DNA of 64,000 nucleotides from positions 6,511 through 70,510 of the IMG/VR virus record IMGVR_UViG_3300012031_000010, one strand, 5' to 3'. The position numbers were made by a program, and so were the translations under genes. The stretch is from a virus. Its lineage: Duplodnaviria > Caudoviricetes. The notes beneath the pieces are model-generated. The model did not search any database, was not told where the DNA came from, and saw only the letters and a list, made by a program, of their open reading frames with translations. Shown in pieces: positions 26,770 to 36,699 of this stretch. The first letter of the stretch is position 1, and each line of letters opens with the position of its first letter.

Positions 26770-26999
26770 TGAAAAAAAACAAAACACTAAACGACTTGTC
26801 TAAAAATGTCCCACTGAATATTAAGATTAAAGTTATGAACCGTATGGCCTTCATAAATCTTCTGTCAAAACTTGGATATAGGGAAAACAAACGTTGGGGG
26901 GATGATGAGAGTGAGAGACTGAATATGTTATATAATCTTTCGGATGAATTATCCGAAGATATTTTAAAACTTGTAAAACACGAAAATGGAAAAATATAA
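26769..26999 (+). CDS. Hypothetical protein
   Basis: 76 aa ORF in an operon-like arrangement. Confidence 0.6.
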   Translation: MKKNKTLNDLSKNVPLNIKIKVMNRMAFINLLSKLGYRENKRWGDDESERLNMLYNLSDELSEDILKLVKHENGKI

Positions 27000-27384
27000 T
27001 AAATTAAAACAAGAACACTTAAATTCCAGAAAATCTAAAAACATTTTAGTTTCAAATCTATTGGGTACGTTAATCGGTGAAATAGATACAAAGCTAAAGG
27101 AAAAGGGAAGTCGCACACATGATGAAGTAGTTATTTTTATTACAAAAAAATTCATCAAGAACTTACAATTGATTGATACTGATTCTGCGCGTGGGGAAAT
27201 TTCAATATTGGAAACGTATGTACCAAGTGAATTATCCGAATCAGAAGTGCTTGAATCATTGAAAGGATTGGAATTGGAAAAATTACCAAACTTTGGTGTA
27301 AGAATGGGTAAGGCTATGGGATTCCTAAAAGGAAAGGCGGGCGGTAACCTAGTTACTAAAGTTGTAAAGGAAAATTATAATTAA
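26986..27384 (+). CDS. GatB/YqeY domain protein
   Basis: Helical pattern LLGTLIGEI...EISILETYVPSELSESEV...MGKAMGFLKGKAGGNLV. Confidence 0.82.
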   Translation: MEKYNKLKQEHLNSRKSKNILVSNLLGTLIGEIDTKLKEKGSRTHDEVVIFITKKFIKNLQLIDTDSARGEISILETYVPSELSESEVLESLKGLELEKLPNFGVRMGKAMGFLKGKAGGNLVTKVVKENYN

Positions 27385-27391
27385 TTATAAA

Positions 27392-28141
27392 ATGAAACGT
27401 AGAGCATTTTTAGAAAAAATTGGAGGTGAGTGGTTGGATGATTTTGTCTATATATCAAAACAACCTTTATTAGAACGAGAATTTGAAGTAATAGAATTCG
27501 ATGGTGATGATATGGAAAATACTTTATTGAACCGATTTCTAAATATTGAAACTGATATTCTCATCGGATCGGTACAAGCTACCGTTGAATTTTTCAAAGG
27601 ATGTGGTGTCCAAGTGCCCAAATATTTGGGATACCCGGATGAACTTTCCGAATTCTATGGTAGGAAGATTACAGAGAGTCGTGGCAAATATTTGAGGGAA
27701 ATGGGGAAACCATTTTTCTTGAAACCATCTATGGATGTTAAATTATTTACAGGTGAAGTCATATCTTCAAATTTTCAATTGGATTTTTTAACGGAACATT
27801 ATGGGTTAAATGATAATACAGAAGTATATATAAGTCCAGTCATACAAATAATTTCAGAGTACCGATGTTTCATCCGCGATGGCATGTCAAGGGGAATTCA
27901 ATATTACTCGGGTGATTTTACGGAGTTTCCGGATCCAATGAAAATATCAAAGATGATACATGAATATAAAAACTCTCCGTGTGCATATACCTTGGATGTC
28001 GGTGTTACCGATGATGGTGATACCATATTGATAGAAGTTAACGATATGTGGGCAATTGGATCATACGGACATAATTCAAGTGAATATGTGTTAGCGTGTA
28101 TACGTAGAATGATAGAAATCGGAAAAAATTCCAAAATATGA
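27392..28141 (+). CDS. ATP-grasp domain protein (R2K-type)
   Basis: FFLKPS..KLFTG, EYRCFI, YTLDVG and IEVND.WAIGSYG motifs. Confidence 0.8.
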   Translation: MKRRAFLEKIGGEWLDDFVYISKQPLLEREFEVIEFDGDDMENTLLNRFLNIETDILIGSVQATVEFFKGCGVQVPKYLGYPDELSEFYGRKITESRGKYLREMGKPFFLKPSMDVKLFTGEVISSNFQLDFLTEHYGLNDNTEVYISPVIQIISEYRCFIRDGMSRGIQYYSGDFTEFPDPMKISKMIHEYKNSPCAYTLDVGVTDDGDTILIEVNDMWAIGSYGHNSSEYVLACIRRMIEIGKNSKI

Positions 28142-28407
28142 ATATAGAAACAGAAAAATCGACAGATGTACTTGATCAAACCAAAAATCAAAATGTGATT
28201 GTGGTTCATAATGATGATGTAAATACATTCGATCATGTGATTATTTCTTTAGTCCATGTATGTGGTCATGATAATCTACAGGCCGAGCAATGTGCTAACA
28301 TTATACATAACAATGGAAAATGTGAAGTCAAGACGGGGGATTATGAAGATTTAGTACCAATGTGTTCTGATTTATTAGAACTTGGATTATCAGCAGAAAT
28401 ACAATAA
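28138..28407 (+). CDS. clpS: ClpS N-degron adaptor
   Basis: VVHNDDVNTFDHVI...AEQCANIIHNNGKCEVKTG. Confidence 0.93.
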   Translation: MNIETEKSTDVLDQTKNQNVIVVHNDDVNTFDHVIISLVHVCGHDNLQAEQCANIIHNNGKCEVKTGDYEDLVPMCSDLLELGLSAEIQ

Positions 28408-28410
28408 CTT

Positions 28411-28647
28411 ATGAAAACCGGAACAGATTTATTGAAGTATGACCACGATATTATGGTTGAATACTTTACCAACAAACATTATGAAATGTTGGATACTCGT
28501 ATAAGTGAAATAATCACATCAAATGATTTCAATCGAATGTATGGTGTTCTTATGTTATTTAAGGTACATAAGAACGATAAAATGTTCAAGGGTTGTTTGG
28601 AAACAATCGAATGTAAATTAAGACACAATGGATTCAATATTCGATAA
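28411..28647 (+). CDS. Hypothetical protein
   Basis: 78 aa ORF directly after clpS. Confidence 0.6.
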   Translation: MKTGTDLLKYDHDIMVEYFTNKHYEMLDTRISEIITSNDFNRMYGVLMLFKVHKNDKMFKGCLETIECKLRHNGFNIR

Positions 28648-28741
28648 CGAGAATATGTAGATAAACAAAAGACAAGATGCATGACTGGATATGTTCGAAC
28701 CGATCAAGTATAAAAATTCTTAAACTTTAACATATTAAATT

Positions 28742-28948
28742 ATGGAACGAAGAAAATTAACAGGTAAATGGTATCTTAAAAAAACTTTTTGGGGTAAAAA
28801 TAAATTAATGGTAGAAGTTAAAAGTAGTAAATGGAGTGATCCAAGTTATGGAAATGGTGGTGGATCTTATTCTCCAGACCAAATTTTTTATGAGGTGGTA
28901 AGAGAAAGCGATTTAATAGAACTTGGATTATCAGCAGAAATACAATAA
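28742..28948 (+). CDS. Hypothetical protein sharing the ClpS C-terminal peptide
   Basis: Ends DLIELGLSAEIQ versus DLLELGLSAEIQ in ClpS; part of a direct repeat of about 47 bp. Confidence 0.6.
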   Translation: MERRKLTGKWYLKKTFWGKNKLMVEVKSSKWSDPSYGNGGGSYSPDQIFYEVVRESDLIELGLSAEIQ

Positions 28949-29198
28949 TTTATGAAAGTAAAAGTATATTACGAAGATAAGATATCATCAATGGGTGGAT
29001 GGGAAATAGTTTCAATTTTTAAATTAATGCAGTGGATATTTTTAGGTAGAATTAACCCAAAAGAAAAATCGGCTATATATTTTATCAGAAGAATTGAAAC
29101 TATGAGTGGAACTAGAATATAATTAAACTTTAACATATTAAATTATGAACTGTAAAATAAATTTCGTACTTTAGTAGAGTAATAAAGAGATAGAAATT

Positions 29199-29432
29199 AT
29201 GGAAACTAAATTAATTGAACAATACATAACAAAACAATTTGAATTAAGACAACTCGAAGAAAAAATAGATAAACATTTTACTAAAATAGTAGGTGATATG
29301 TTAAGCACTTCTAAAACAGAACGTGATTTTATTGAAATAAAAGAAAGATTAAGAGTTATGCCTCATTGTGCAAGTAAAGTTTTGTTATTTAGAAAAATAA
29401 TATTGACCGAAAATGTGTTTAATTTACATTAA
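29199..29432 (+). CDS. Hypothetical early protein
   Basis: Promoter plus repeated leader. Confidence 0.7.
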   Translation: METKLIEQYITKQFELRQLEEKIDKHFTKIVGDMLSTSKTERDFIEIKERLRVMPHCASKVLLFRKIILTENVFNLH

Positions 29433-29486
29433 CGTTAAGTTCTTGGTGAGTTAAAAAATAATAACAAAATGAAATAGATAGAAATT

Positions 29487-29705
29487 ATGGATATTGAAAA
29501 GCAAATAATCAAAAAAATGGAAGTTACTGGATATACAAGATTAAATACCATTGCTTCTATGAATTTAGGTAAAAGAAGTGAATCAGCCGAAAGAGCATCA
29601 CAAAACAGAGCAAGAAGAAAAGAGTTAATGGATTATGATATGGAGTTTGAAACAGCTTGTTTAGTTGTAAATAAAGAGAATGAGAGATTATTGACAAATG
29701 AATAG
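29487..29705 (+). CDS. Hypothetical early protein
   Basis: Repeated leader AGATAGAAATT-ATG. Confidence 0.65.
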   Translation: MDIEKQIIKKMEVTGYTRLNTIASMNLGKRSESAERASQNRARRKELMDYDMEFETACLVVNKENERLLTNE

Positions 29706-29861
29706 TAACGAGATAAGTGATTGGATAATCAAAAACGAGTTATGGAATCAATAGAATACAGTTAAACTTTAACATATTAAATTTTGATTCGTAAAATTCA
29801 TTCCGTATATTTGTAAGGTAGTAATTATTGAAAGAGTAATAAACCTTAAAACAATTAAAAG

Positions 29862-30077
29862 ATGAATTTTTCAGAAACAGCTAAAGTGGAAAAAAGTATT
29901 GGATTCATAAGTGGTTCGGTGAAACGGGAAAAGGTAAAATCCGCCGATGTTAAATCAAAGTTCGGCAAATTATTCTCTAATTCAAACCCCACCAAACGAT
30001 CAAAATTTACAATCGTAAATGGTGTCCCTCATAAATCAGTAAACGGTAAATTAATTCCCTTAACTTCCTTAAAATAA
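29862..30077 (+). CDS. Small basic hypothetical protein
   Basis: Follows the repeated promoter. Confidence 0.65.
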   Translation: MNFSETAKVEKSIGFISGSVKREKVKSADVKSKFGKLFSNSNPTKRSKFTIVNGVPHKSVNGKLIPLTSLK

Positions 30078-30082
30078 AAATT

Positions 30083-30397
30083 ATGGCTAATACACAATTT
30101 GAAATATGGTTGGAACTTACCAACAAGAGTTTGGAAATCAAACACAATGAACAATTTAGTAGTTTAGAATATACACCACTAACGTATTCAAAGGGTAGGA
30201 AGTTTATAAAAATTCTAAAAGGAGGTGCCGTATGGGGATTCGTATCCATGATAAATGGGTTTAATAAAGAAGTTCCCATCAAACTAGGTGATTTGTTAAA
30301 ACCCGCGAGTTTTAATACACCCGCAAGACATGCAAGGGGTAATATTTTTAACGGAACTGCAAAGTTTACAGCGTACGGGCCACATTATTTGAAATGA
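30083..30397 (+). CDS. Hypothetical phage protein
   Basis: GRKFIKI...VWGFV...GDLLKPAS...PARHARGNI pattern recalled from other phage proteins. Confidence 0.75.
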   Translation: MANTQFEIWLELTNKSLEIKHNEQFSSLEYTPLTYSKGRKFIKILKGGAVWGFVSMINGFNKEVPIKLGDLLKPASFNTPARHARGNIFNGTAKFTAYGPHYLK

Positions 30398-30523
30398 TGA
30401 AAAATCTATTAATAAAATTATTAGGAAAGATCCAGTATTGTAAATATTTTCATACTTCATATGGTACTGCAGTTAAATACCAGTACCAATGTGATAAATG
30501 TAAACTTGAACACACTATGTAAT

Positions 30524-30748
30524 ATGGATGATGAGTACGAATATGAACAGGATGCCCTGTATACGGAGAAATTAACACCCATGGAACACGCGGATAGAAT
30601 ATTTAATGATATTTATAGACGTGATCACAAGTTATATCTCAATTCAATAGAATGGGATACGTGGTGCACACCGGAGGATCCAAAAACTATAATACAACAG
30701 GCCAGACAGACTGAAATAGATAATCATCCTTTTAATAAATTCTTCTAA
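30524..30748 (+). CDS. Hypothetical protein
   Basis: Likely start MDDEYEYE. Confidence 0.55.
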   Translation: MDDEYEYEQDALYTEKLTPMEHADRIFNDIYRRDHKLYLNSIEWDTWCTPEDPKTIIQQARQTEIDNHPFNKFF

Positions 30749-30749
30749 T

Positions 30750-30992
30750 ATGAATGCAAAGGAATATAATAATATAATCGATAAATGGACAACCGAATAT
30801 AACATGGAAATAAATCCAATATATAGACCTGCCCTAGTAGAATCATACAATGAAATAGTTACATTGGATGGATTCAAAAACCTATCGTTTAATTTGTTTA
30901 TCAGGGAGTTAATTCGTAAGAACCACTACGATAAAAAATATCCTTTTTTGAATTTATTGGAATCAGCATATTCTATTCCATCTCAAAACTAA
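30750..30992 (+). CDS. Hypothetical protein
   Basis: 80 aa ORF. Confidence 0.6.
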   Translation: MNAKEYNNIIDKWTTEYNMEINPIYRPALVESYNEIVTLDGFKNLSFNLFIRELIRKNHYDKKYPFLNLLESAYSIPSQN

Positions 30993-30998
30993 AAAGTT

Positions 30999-31184
30999 AT
31001 GACTACATATATTTATAATGCAATGGGTTCGACTATCAAGAAAACTGGTAAAACCCCGTGGTATAAAGTTAAGTTGATGGGTGGAAGATTGGTTGACTGT
31101 GATTGTCCTGCAAGAGGATTTAGAAAATACTCACCGTGTAAACATATGAAATTATTGAGTGAACGATTAGGACACCCGGTATAA
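30999..31184 (+). CDS. SWIM-type zinc finger protein
   Basis: CDCPARGFRKYSPCKH. Confidence 0.75.
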   Translation: MTTYIYNAMGSTIKKTGKTPWYKVKLMGGRLVDCDCPARGFRKYSPCKHMKLLSERLGHPV

Positions 31185-31304
31185 TGTCGCGAAAAGGAAA
31201 ACTAAAAATAGGTGATGATGTATTGTTCAAATTCGCAGGCACGATAGAAAACGGAAAAATAATAAAAATAAAAGGAGAGGGCACATCATTAAGATATATA
31301 ATCA

Positions 31305-31559
31305 ATGATGGTAAATTCTCATATCCAATTACACATGAAAATATATCCAAATAAACTGAAACCCATTCACTACATAAACAAAGAACCATATTTAGTATCA
31401 GCTAACATTCCAATCCAACAGGTAAACAATCCCACTCTTATAAAGGAATGGTTGGGATGTGATACTGCTTTCAGAATTGATAAACATGGAATATTCATTT
31501 TCTGTAGCAAAATCGAAGAAGTCGAGTTTGAAGAAGTAGAGAATGAAAGTAAGATTTAA
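31305..31559 (+). CDS. Hypothetical protein
   Basis: 84 aa ORF overlapping the next gene; start uncertain. Confidence 0.6.
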   Translation: MMVNSHIQLHMKIYPNKLKPIHYINKEPYLVSANIPIQQVNNPTLIKEWLGCDTAFRIDKHGIFIFCSKIEEVEFEEVENESKI

Positions 31560-31926
31560 TTTAGGTAGGGGAATTAATTATCGTAAATGGCAGATTACAT
31601 CTTCCATTGGTGAGAAAGTTCATTACGATCCATGGGAATATCAATTGGAGTTACAAGATTCAATTCTTTGTAATAAACGACAACATGCTGATAAGATATT
31701 CGGTGGAGGTGGAAAACACGTATGTAGTTGGATTAACACCAAGATGGTTGAAAAACACCCAGTTGGTAAATTTGACATCAGTAAGTTAAGGGAATTAAAA
31801 TATAATCCCCGTATTTCCCCACATTGGACAGATGTGGATGATAATGTTCTGGATGACACTACGTATAGAACACTGGTAACTAGTGGAAATAAAATTTATG
31901 TATTAAATATTCATCCATCTGGATAA
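31543..31926 (+). CDS. Hypothetical protein
   Basis: 127 aa ORF. Confidence 0.7.
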   Translation: MKVRFNLGRGINYRKWQITSSIGEKVHYDPWEYQLELQDSILCNKRQHADKIFGGGGKHVCSWINTKMVEKHPVGKFDISKLRELKYNPRISPHWTDVDDNVLDDTTYRTLVTSGNKIYVLNIHPSG

Positions 31927-31960
31927 TATGATAAAATAGTTATTCCATATTTATACACGT

Positions 31961-32893
31961 ATGGAGTACAAACAATTAAATAGAATCCGAGACACATATC
32001 CAGGAAATTCTGATGATATATCCGATAGTTATACATCGGATGCCAGTAATATACAACTCACAGGATTGTATCCTCAAAATTTCATCCGCTTTGATATCGT
32101 AGATATATCAAACATTATTGTTCCCGATATCCAAATATCACCAGCAATTTCATTTGAATTTATAGTTAGGTTTGAAACTACACCAATACGTAGAAGTATC
32201 CGTGATGGATCCCGTATCTCCGTGGAGGAATGGACTTCCCCTGGATTCCTGCAGAAACTAAAATCTGCCAGACAGGAAAATAATCCGTATTTTACAAAAG
32301 ACAAGATAACGATCGCAACAGTCGATTTCAATTATCTAAGTCAATATTGGAAAAAAAGTGAATTTAAGGTTTCTGAACTATATGCTAATGTTGAAGTTAC
32401 CGATACAATATCAACTAAAGAGGATATGTTAATCCATATAAATTGGATGGTATCGGGTCAAGAGGATTTAAGATCGGTAAGGGATTTCGGTAAGTGGGTG
32501 GTATCACTAACAGATTCACTTGGATTTGAGTATTCGGATCAAATAGATGTAATACAACGAGGTGAACCGATAATAATAACTTCTGCCGATAGAACCAGTG
32601 GTAATACACGTAGTAATACAAGTTCAACGGGTATTCGGGTGGCACCACCCACAACACCAAGACGAGACAATACAAATATATTACTAGGAGGTGGTACTGA
32701 TACTGTGCCCCGTGGCCGTGGTTCATCCACGCCACGTAACGTAAGGATGACAACACCCATACGAACACGTAATTTTTCGACAAATACGGATTACCCACCA
32801 TTCAATACTGCGGGTAGATATACAGGTGAAACCAGAACATTATCAGGAACGGCGTTATATATATGGGATGGGAATAGATGGAGCAAAATGTAA
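31961..32893 (+). CDS. Hypothetical late protein with a Thr/Arg-rich C-terminus
   Basis: 310 aa, preceded by the ATATTTATA motif. Confidence 0.75.
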   Translation: MEYKQLNRIRDTYPGNSDDISDSYTSDASNIQLTGLYPQNFIRFDIVDISNIIVPDIQISPAISFEFIVRFETTPIRRSIRDGSRISVEEWTSPGFLQKLKSARQENNPYFTKDKITIATVDFNYLSQYWKKSEFKVSELYANVEVTDTISTKEDMLIHINWMVSGQEDLRSVRDFGKWVVSLTDSLGFEYSDQIDVIQRGEPIIITSADRTSGNTRSNTSSTGIRVAPPTTPRRDNTNILLGGGTDTVPRGRGSSTPRNVRMTTPIRTRNFSTNTDYPPFNTAGRYTGETRTLSGTALYIWDGNRWSKM

Positions 32894-32920
32894 TCGATAA
32901 CTAACTTAAAGACACATAAT

Positions 32921-33277
32921 ATGAGTAGACAAGAAATTTACAGTAGAGTGGGATGGAGGAAATATTTTGATGTTTCACATAATCCAAGAGTAGAAAGGTT
33001 TTTAAAATCAAATGGATTGGTCATATTTAATCAACTATTGGAAAATATTGAGAACGCTATCGATGAAAACATAGGAGAAATTTTAATTCTAGTCCATAAG
33101 AACGCGGGTGCCATCGTCAGTATTAGCAGTGATGATTACAAAGAAGTACTGAATCACTCTTTAAGGTGGTTTCTGGAGTTCGAACATTACGAGCAATGTG
33201 CCCGAGTACAAACACAGCTTAAAATATTGAATAAATCAAAAACTAAGAGCAAAGAATCCGTTTCAATGATAGAATAA
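32921..33277 (+). CDS. Hypothetical protein
   Basis: 118 aa; C-terminal EHYEQCARVQ UVR-like helix. Confidence 0.7.
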   Translation: MSRQEIYSRVGWRKYFDVSHNPRVERFLKSNGLVIFNQLLENIENAIDENIGEILILVHKNAGAIVSISSDDYKEVLNHSLRWFLEFEHYEQCARVQTQLKILNKSKTKSKESVSMIE

Positions 33278-33332
33278 CATATATTTTGTAGTTATATATA
33301 ACAATATTATTGTATAATAAAAATAATAGACT

Positions 33333-33557
33333 ATGTCAGAAAATATTAGTAAGACACCACCGAAAGGAAAAATTAAATTTTCAATAAACTTATCCGAAGA
33401 ACAAAAAATAGCTAAATCCAATATCCTAATTCATCCATATAACTTTGTTATTGGGAAAGCTGGTAGTGGTAAATGTATTACATACGAATCTAAAATAGAT
33501 ATAAAAATAAATGAAAAATTTTATGCATTTTTGATTGAAAATGGATACATTAAATAA
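33333..33557 (+). CDS. phoH: PhoH N-extein (47 aa) plus short split-intein N-fragment (27 aa)
   Basis: LSEEQK...FVIGKAGSGK (Walker A broken before Thr), then CITYESKIDIKINE (intein block A), then tandem TAA TAA. Confidence 0.85.
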   Translation: MSENISKTPPKGKIKFSINLSEEQKIAKSNILIHPYNFVIGKAGSGKCITYESKIDIKINEKFYAFLIENGYIK

Positions 33558-33585
33558 TAAATCGGTACACAATAAGAATAAAAAT

Positions 33586-34518
33586 ATGAAGAAAATAACT
33601 ATTGAAATCGGCAACTTATTTGATGCAATTGAACGATATGAAAATGTTAATTTTGAGGAAAATTCAGAATATTTTCAAAACACAGATATACAGATTCAAG
33701 ATGAATATAATAATTGGGTAGATATAAAAGGAATCATTTTTAAATTTGATGAAGTGTGTAGAATAGAAACAGACAATGAAATATTCAGAACAGCTGTAAA
33801 TCATAAAATTTGTTATAATAAAGTAGATTGTAAAATTGTAAAAAATTTAAAAGTAGGGGATACTTTAATAAAATCGGATAATGAAATTTCCACCATTTCA
33901 AGTTTAAAAACTCAACCAAAAGAAAAAGTATTTGATTTTGAAATTGATAGTAGTACTCACTTATATCAAACATCTAATAAAATAATACATCACAATACAT
34001 TACTCGCATGTCAAATAGCATTAGATATGTTCTTCCAACGAAAGGTAAATAAAATAATCATTACAAGACCAACGGTATCAAACGAAGATAATGGGTATCT
34101 TCCTGGTTCACTGAATGAAAAAATGGAGCCTTGGTTAGTACCGATACGATCGAATATGCGAAAAGTTTATAACAAACCTGCTCTTCTTGAAAAAATGGAA
34201 AAAGATGAAGATATAGAATTAGTATCCCTATCACACTTTAGAGGGAGAACTTTTGAAAACTCGTGTATTATAGTGGATGAGTTCCAAAACCTCACCAAGG
34301 GACAGTTACGAATGGTATTGGGTAGATTGGGGAAGGGTTCTACTATGATATTAACTGGAGATTCACAGCAAATCGATTTAAAGTTTATCAACGATTCAGC
34401 GGTACATGACGTATCAAGGGTAAAGTCATCCCAATATGTATTTTCAGTTGCATTAAAAGATAACCATAGACATGCTGCATTGGATGACATTTTAAAATTA
34501 CTTGAAGAATTTTCATAA
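33586..34518 (+). CDS. phoH: Split-intein C-fragment (137 aa) fused to the PhoH C-extein
   Basis: Intein block B TAVNH, block F VFDFEID, terminal HHN followed by Thr (TLLACQIALD). PhoH motifs ITRPTV, GYLPGSL.EKMEPWL, RGRTF, DEFQN and TGDSQQID. Confidence 0.9.
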   Translation: MKKITIEIGNLFDAIERYENVNFEENSEYFQNTDIQIQDEYNNWVDIKGIIFKFDEVCRIETDNEIFRTAVNHKICYNKVDCKIVKNLKVGDTLIKSDNEISTISSLKTQPKEKVFDFEIDSSTHLYQTSNKIIHHNTLLACQIALDMFFQRKVNKIIITRPTVSNEDNGYLPGSLNEKMEPWLVPIRSNMRKVYNKPALLEKMEKDEDIELVSLSHFRGRTFENSCIIVDEFQNLTKGQLRMVLGRLGKGSTMILTGDSQQIDLKFINDSAVHDVSRVKSSQYVFSVALKDNHRHAALDDILKLLEEFS

Positions 34519-34581
34519 ATTTTAACATATTAAATTTTGTATTTTAAGGTTTAATTCGTAAATTAGTACTTTGATAATGAG

Positions 34582-34869
34582 TTGGGGATTTTCCCATTTA
34601 ATGTTACCAATCAATGTGTTATGGAATCAAATTATTTTTTTGGAACGGATACCTACGGTAGACATATCAATGTTGGGATAGATGTGGCGGGGAATCAATT
34701 TTACCGATCCTGGGAATACAATGGGTATGGAAAATCGTGGTCCAAGTGGCAACTAATGGAGGATAGATGTAACATTGAAACCAGAAATGGTAATATTCAA
34801 TTGAAATGGGGATGGAGCTACCTTGATGGGTGTACCAACAATAGAATGAGGTTACCTAAATACATTTAG
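34582..34869 (+). CDS. Hypothetical protein
   Basis: ORF after a promoter; start uncertain. Confidence 0.55.
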   Translation: MGIFPFNVTNQCVMESNYFFGTDTYGRHINVGIDVAGNQFYRSWEYNGYGKSWSKWQLMEDRCNIETRNGNIQLKWGWSYLDGCTNNRMRLPKYI

Positions 34870-34965
34870 GTAATCAATCAATTGAGAAAATCTTAACATA
34901 TTAAATTTTGTATTTTAAAATTTAATCCATACATTAGTACTTTATTAATTAAACCTATAGAAACT

Positions 34966-35163
34966 ATGATTGTAAATTTCGATTTAAATAAATTAAATGG
35001 AATTATGGAAGATGTGTATACATGGGATTATCCGGATTTCTGTGATGCATTTTTAAGTGAAGCAACCTATGATGGTAGAGAACTATCCGAGGAAGAATGT
35101 ATGTGGATTACCGAAACTTACCCGGAATGGATCAATGAATCCGCATATCAATCTTTAATTTAG
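34966..35163 (+). CDS. Small acidic hypothetical protein
   Basis: DYPDFCDAFLSEATYDGRELSEEE, after a promoter. Confidence 0.7.
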   Translation: MIVNFDLNKLNGIMEDVYTWDYPDFCDAFLSEATYDGRELSEEECMWITETYPEWINESAYQSLI

Positions 35164-35307
35164 AAATATAAATTAATTGAAACGTGTAAATATATTAACA
35201 AACGTTTAACATATTAAATTAGGAATTGTAAAATCGATTTCGTACTTTAGTAGGGTAGTTAATGAGAGAGAGAGATTTAACTACATAAACCTTAAAAATT
35301 TAAAGTT

Positions 35308-35682
35308 ATGCCTTACATCACTACCGACGAAGTAAAAGAAAAAAGAAACATCATCAGAAAGATGTTCCCTAAGTATAAATTTTCTATAAGTAGAAAAAAC
35401 CATAGTTCCATAAACATTAATATTTTGAGTGGCCCCATCGAATTGTTGGAGGATGCTACCCAATGGGAACAGGAAAATGGTTATCAATCAATAAACCACT
35501 TCTACATCGAAACAAACCATAAGGATTTTCCCGCTAAAGTTGATTTACTTTCAAAGATAGTTGATGTAGCTTCAACCGATCAACGTGAACTTGTTTATGA
35601 TGGTGATTATGGTTCTGTACCTACATTCTATGTTAACGTTTCCATTGGTGGATTTGATAAACCTTATCTAGTTAAAAACTAA
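35308..35682 (+). CDS. Hypothetical protein, possibly LPD29-like (polyvalent-protein-associated domain)
   Basis: IRKMFPKYKFSIS...SININILSGP resembles the recalled motif; follows a promoter. Confidence 0.6.
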   Translation: MPYITTDEVKEKRNIIRKMFPKYKFSISRKNHSSININILSGPIELLEDATQWEQENGYQSINHFYIETNHKDFPAKVDLLSKIVDVASTDQRELVYDGDYGSVPTFYVNVSIGGFDKPYLVKN

Positions 35683-35881
35683 ATATTATGAAAAACACAT
35701 TTATAGAACAGACTGCAAGGGATTATGATATTCGATATGATATAGTCGAAGATATATATAACCGTCATAAAGAAACGTTGTACGAACGATTGGAAAAGAT
35801 ATTACGCAATAGACAAAACTATATATCTAGCTGATCTTAACGAAGTAAAAACAATAATAAAAATTAAAGGATTTAACTATT

Positions 35882-36118
35882 ATGGGATTTACTAGTATGA
35901 CTAAAATATACAACCTTACACCAGAAGTACAAAAAATGATTGATGTATTGAAATGGAAATACACTGATGTTAATATTACATTAACTGACAATTATAAATG
36001 GTTACAACGTGATGATTTAAGGGGAACATATACATTAAGTTCATCAATTTCAGAGGATGGGTTTGATAATACACAACTATCACGTGATATAACCGATATA
36101 CAAAATATATCCAAATAA
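35882..36118 (+). CDS. Hypothetical protein
   Basis: 78 aa ORF. Confidence 0.55.
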   Translation: MGFTSMTKIYNLTPEVQKMIDVLKWKYTDVNITLTDNYKWLQRDDLRGTYTLSSSISEDGFDNTQLSRDITDIQNISK

Positions 36119-36150
36119 CACATTTATAAATCTATAAAAAATTATATAAC

Positions 36151-36486
36151 ATGAACTATCCTGTAAATTTAAAGTATCCGAAATCTGAATATATTAAACT
36201 AATACAGGTATTAACCGTGATGGATGAATATTTCGATATTGAATCGATACACCCGTGCCAACTTCACTACAAAGCGTATCAACAATTATCTGAAAAACAA
36301 CCCCATAACCACTTATACAAAAATGGTAATGTAATTAAAATGTCACATCAAATAAATGATACCGATGGCTGGAAAAAATTAATAGATTTTAATTTTAACT
36401 TAGAACTATATCCAACTGGTTGTCATGACACTCATATAGAAACCGCGACCAAAAGAGCAATAAAAGAAGTTTTGAACAATAAATAA
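36151..36486 (+). CDS. Hypothetical protein
   Basis: 111 aa ORF. Confidence 0.7.
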   Translation: MNYPVNLKYPKSEYIKLIQVLTVMDEYFDIESIHPCQLHYKAYQQLSEKQPHNHLYKNGNVIKMSHQINDTDGWKKLIDFNFNLELYPTGCHDTHIETATKRAIKEVLNNK

Positions 36487-36492
36487 AAAATT

Positions 36493-36699
36493 ATGATAGT
36501 AACGAAAAAATCAACTCTAAGTGGAAATATAAATTCTATGGATCTACCTATTACACAGGAACAGTTGGATAGGTACACCAATGGTAATGAATTAGTACAA
36601 AATATATTTCCAAATCTTACACCCGATCAACGGGAGTTTATTATTAGTGGTATTACTGCAAATGAATGGGCCAACACCTTTGGTGAGGGGTTCGATTAA
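36493..36699 (+). CDS. Small hypothetical phage protein
   Basis: VQNIFPNLTPDQREFIISGITANEW. Confidence 0.75.
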   Translation: MIVTKKSTLSGNINSMDLPITQEQLDRYTNGNELVQNIFPNLTPDQREFIISGITANEWANTFGEGFD

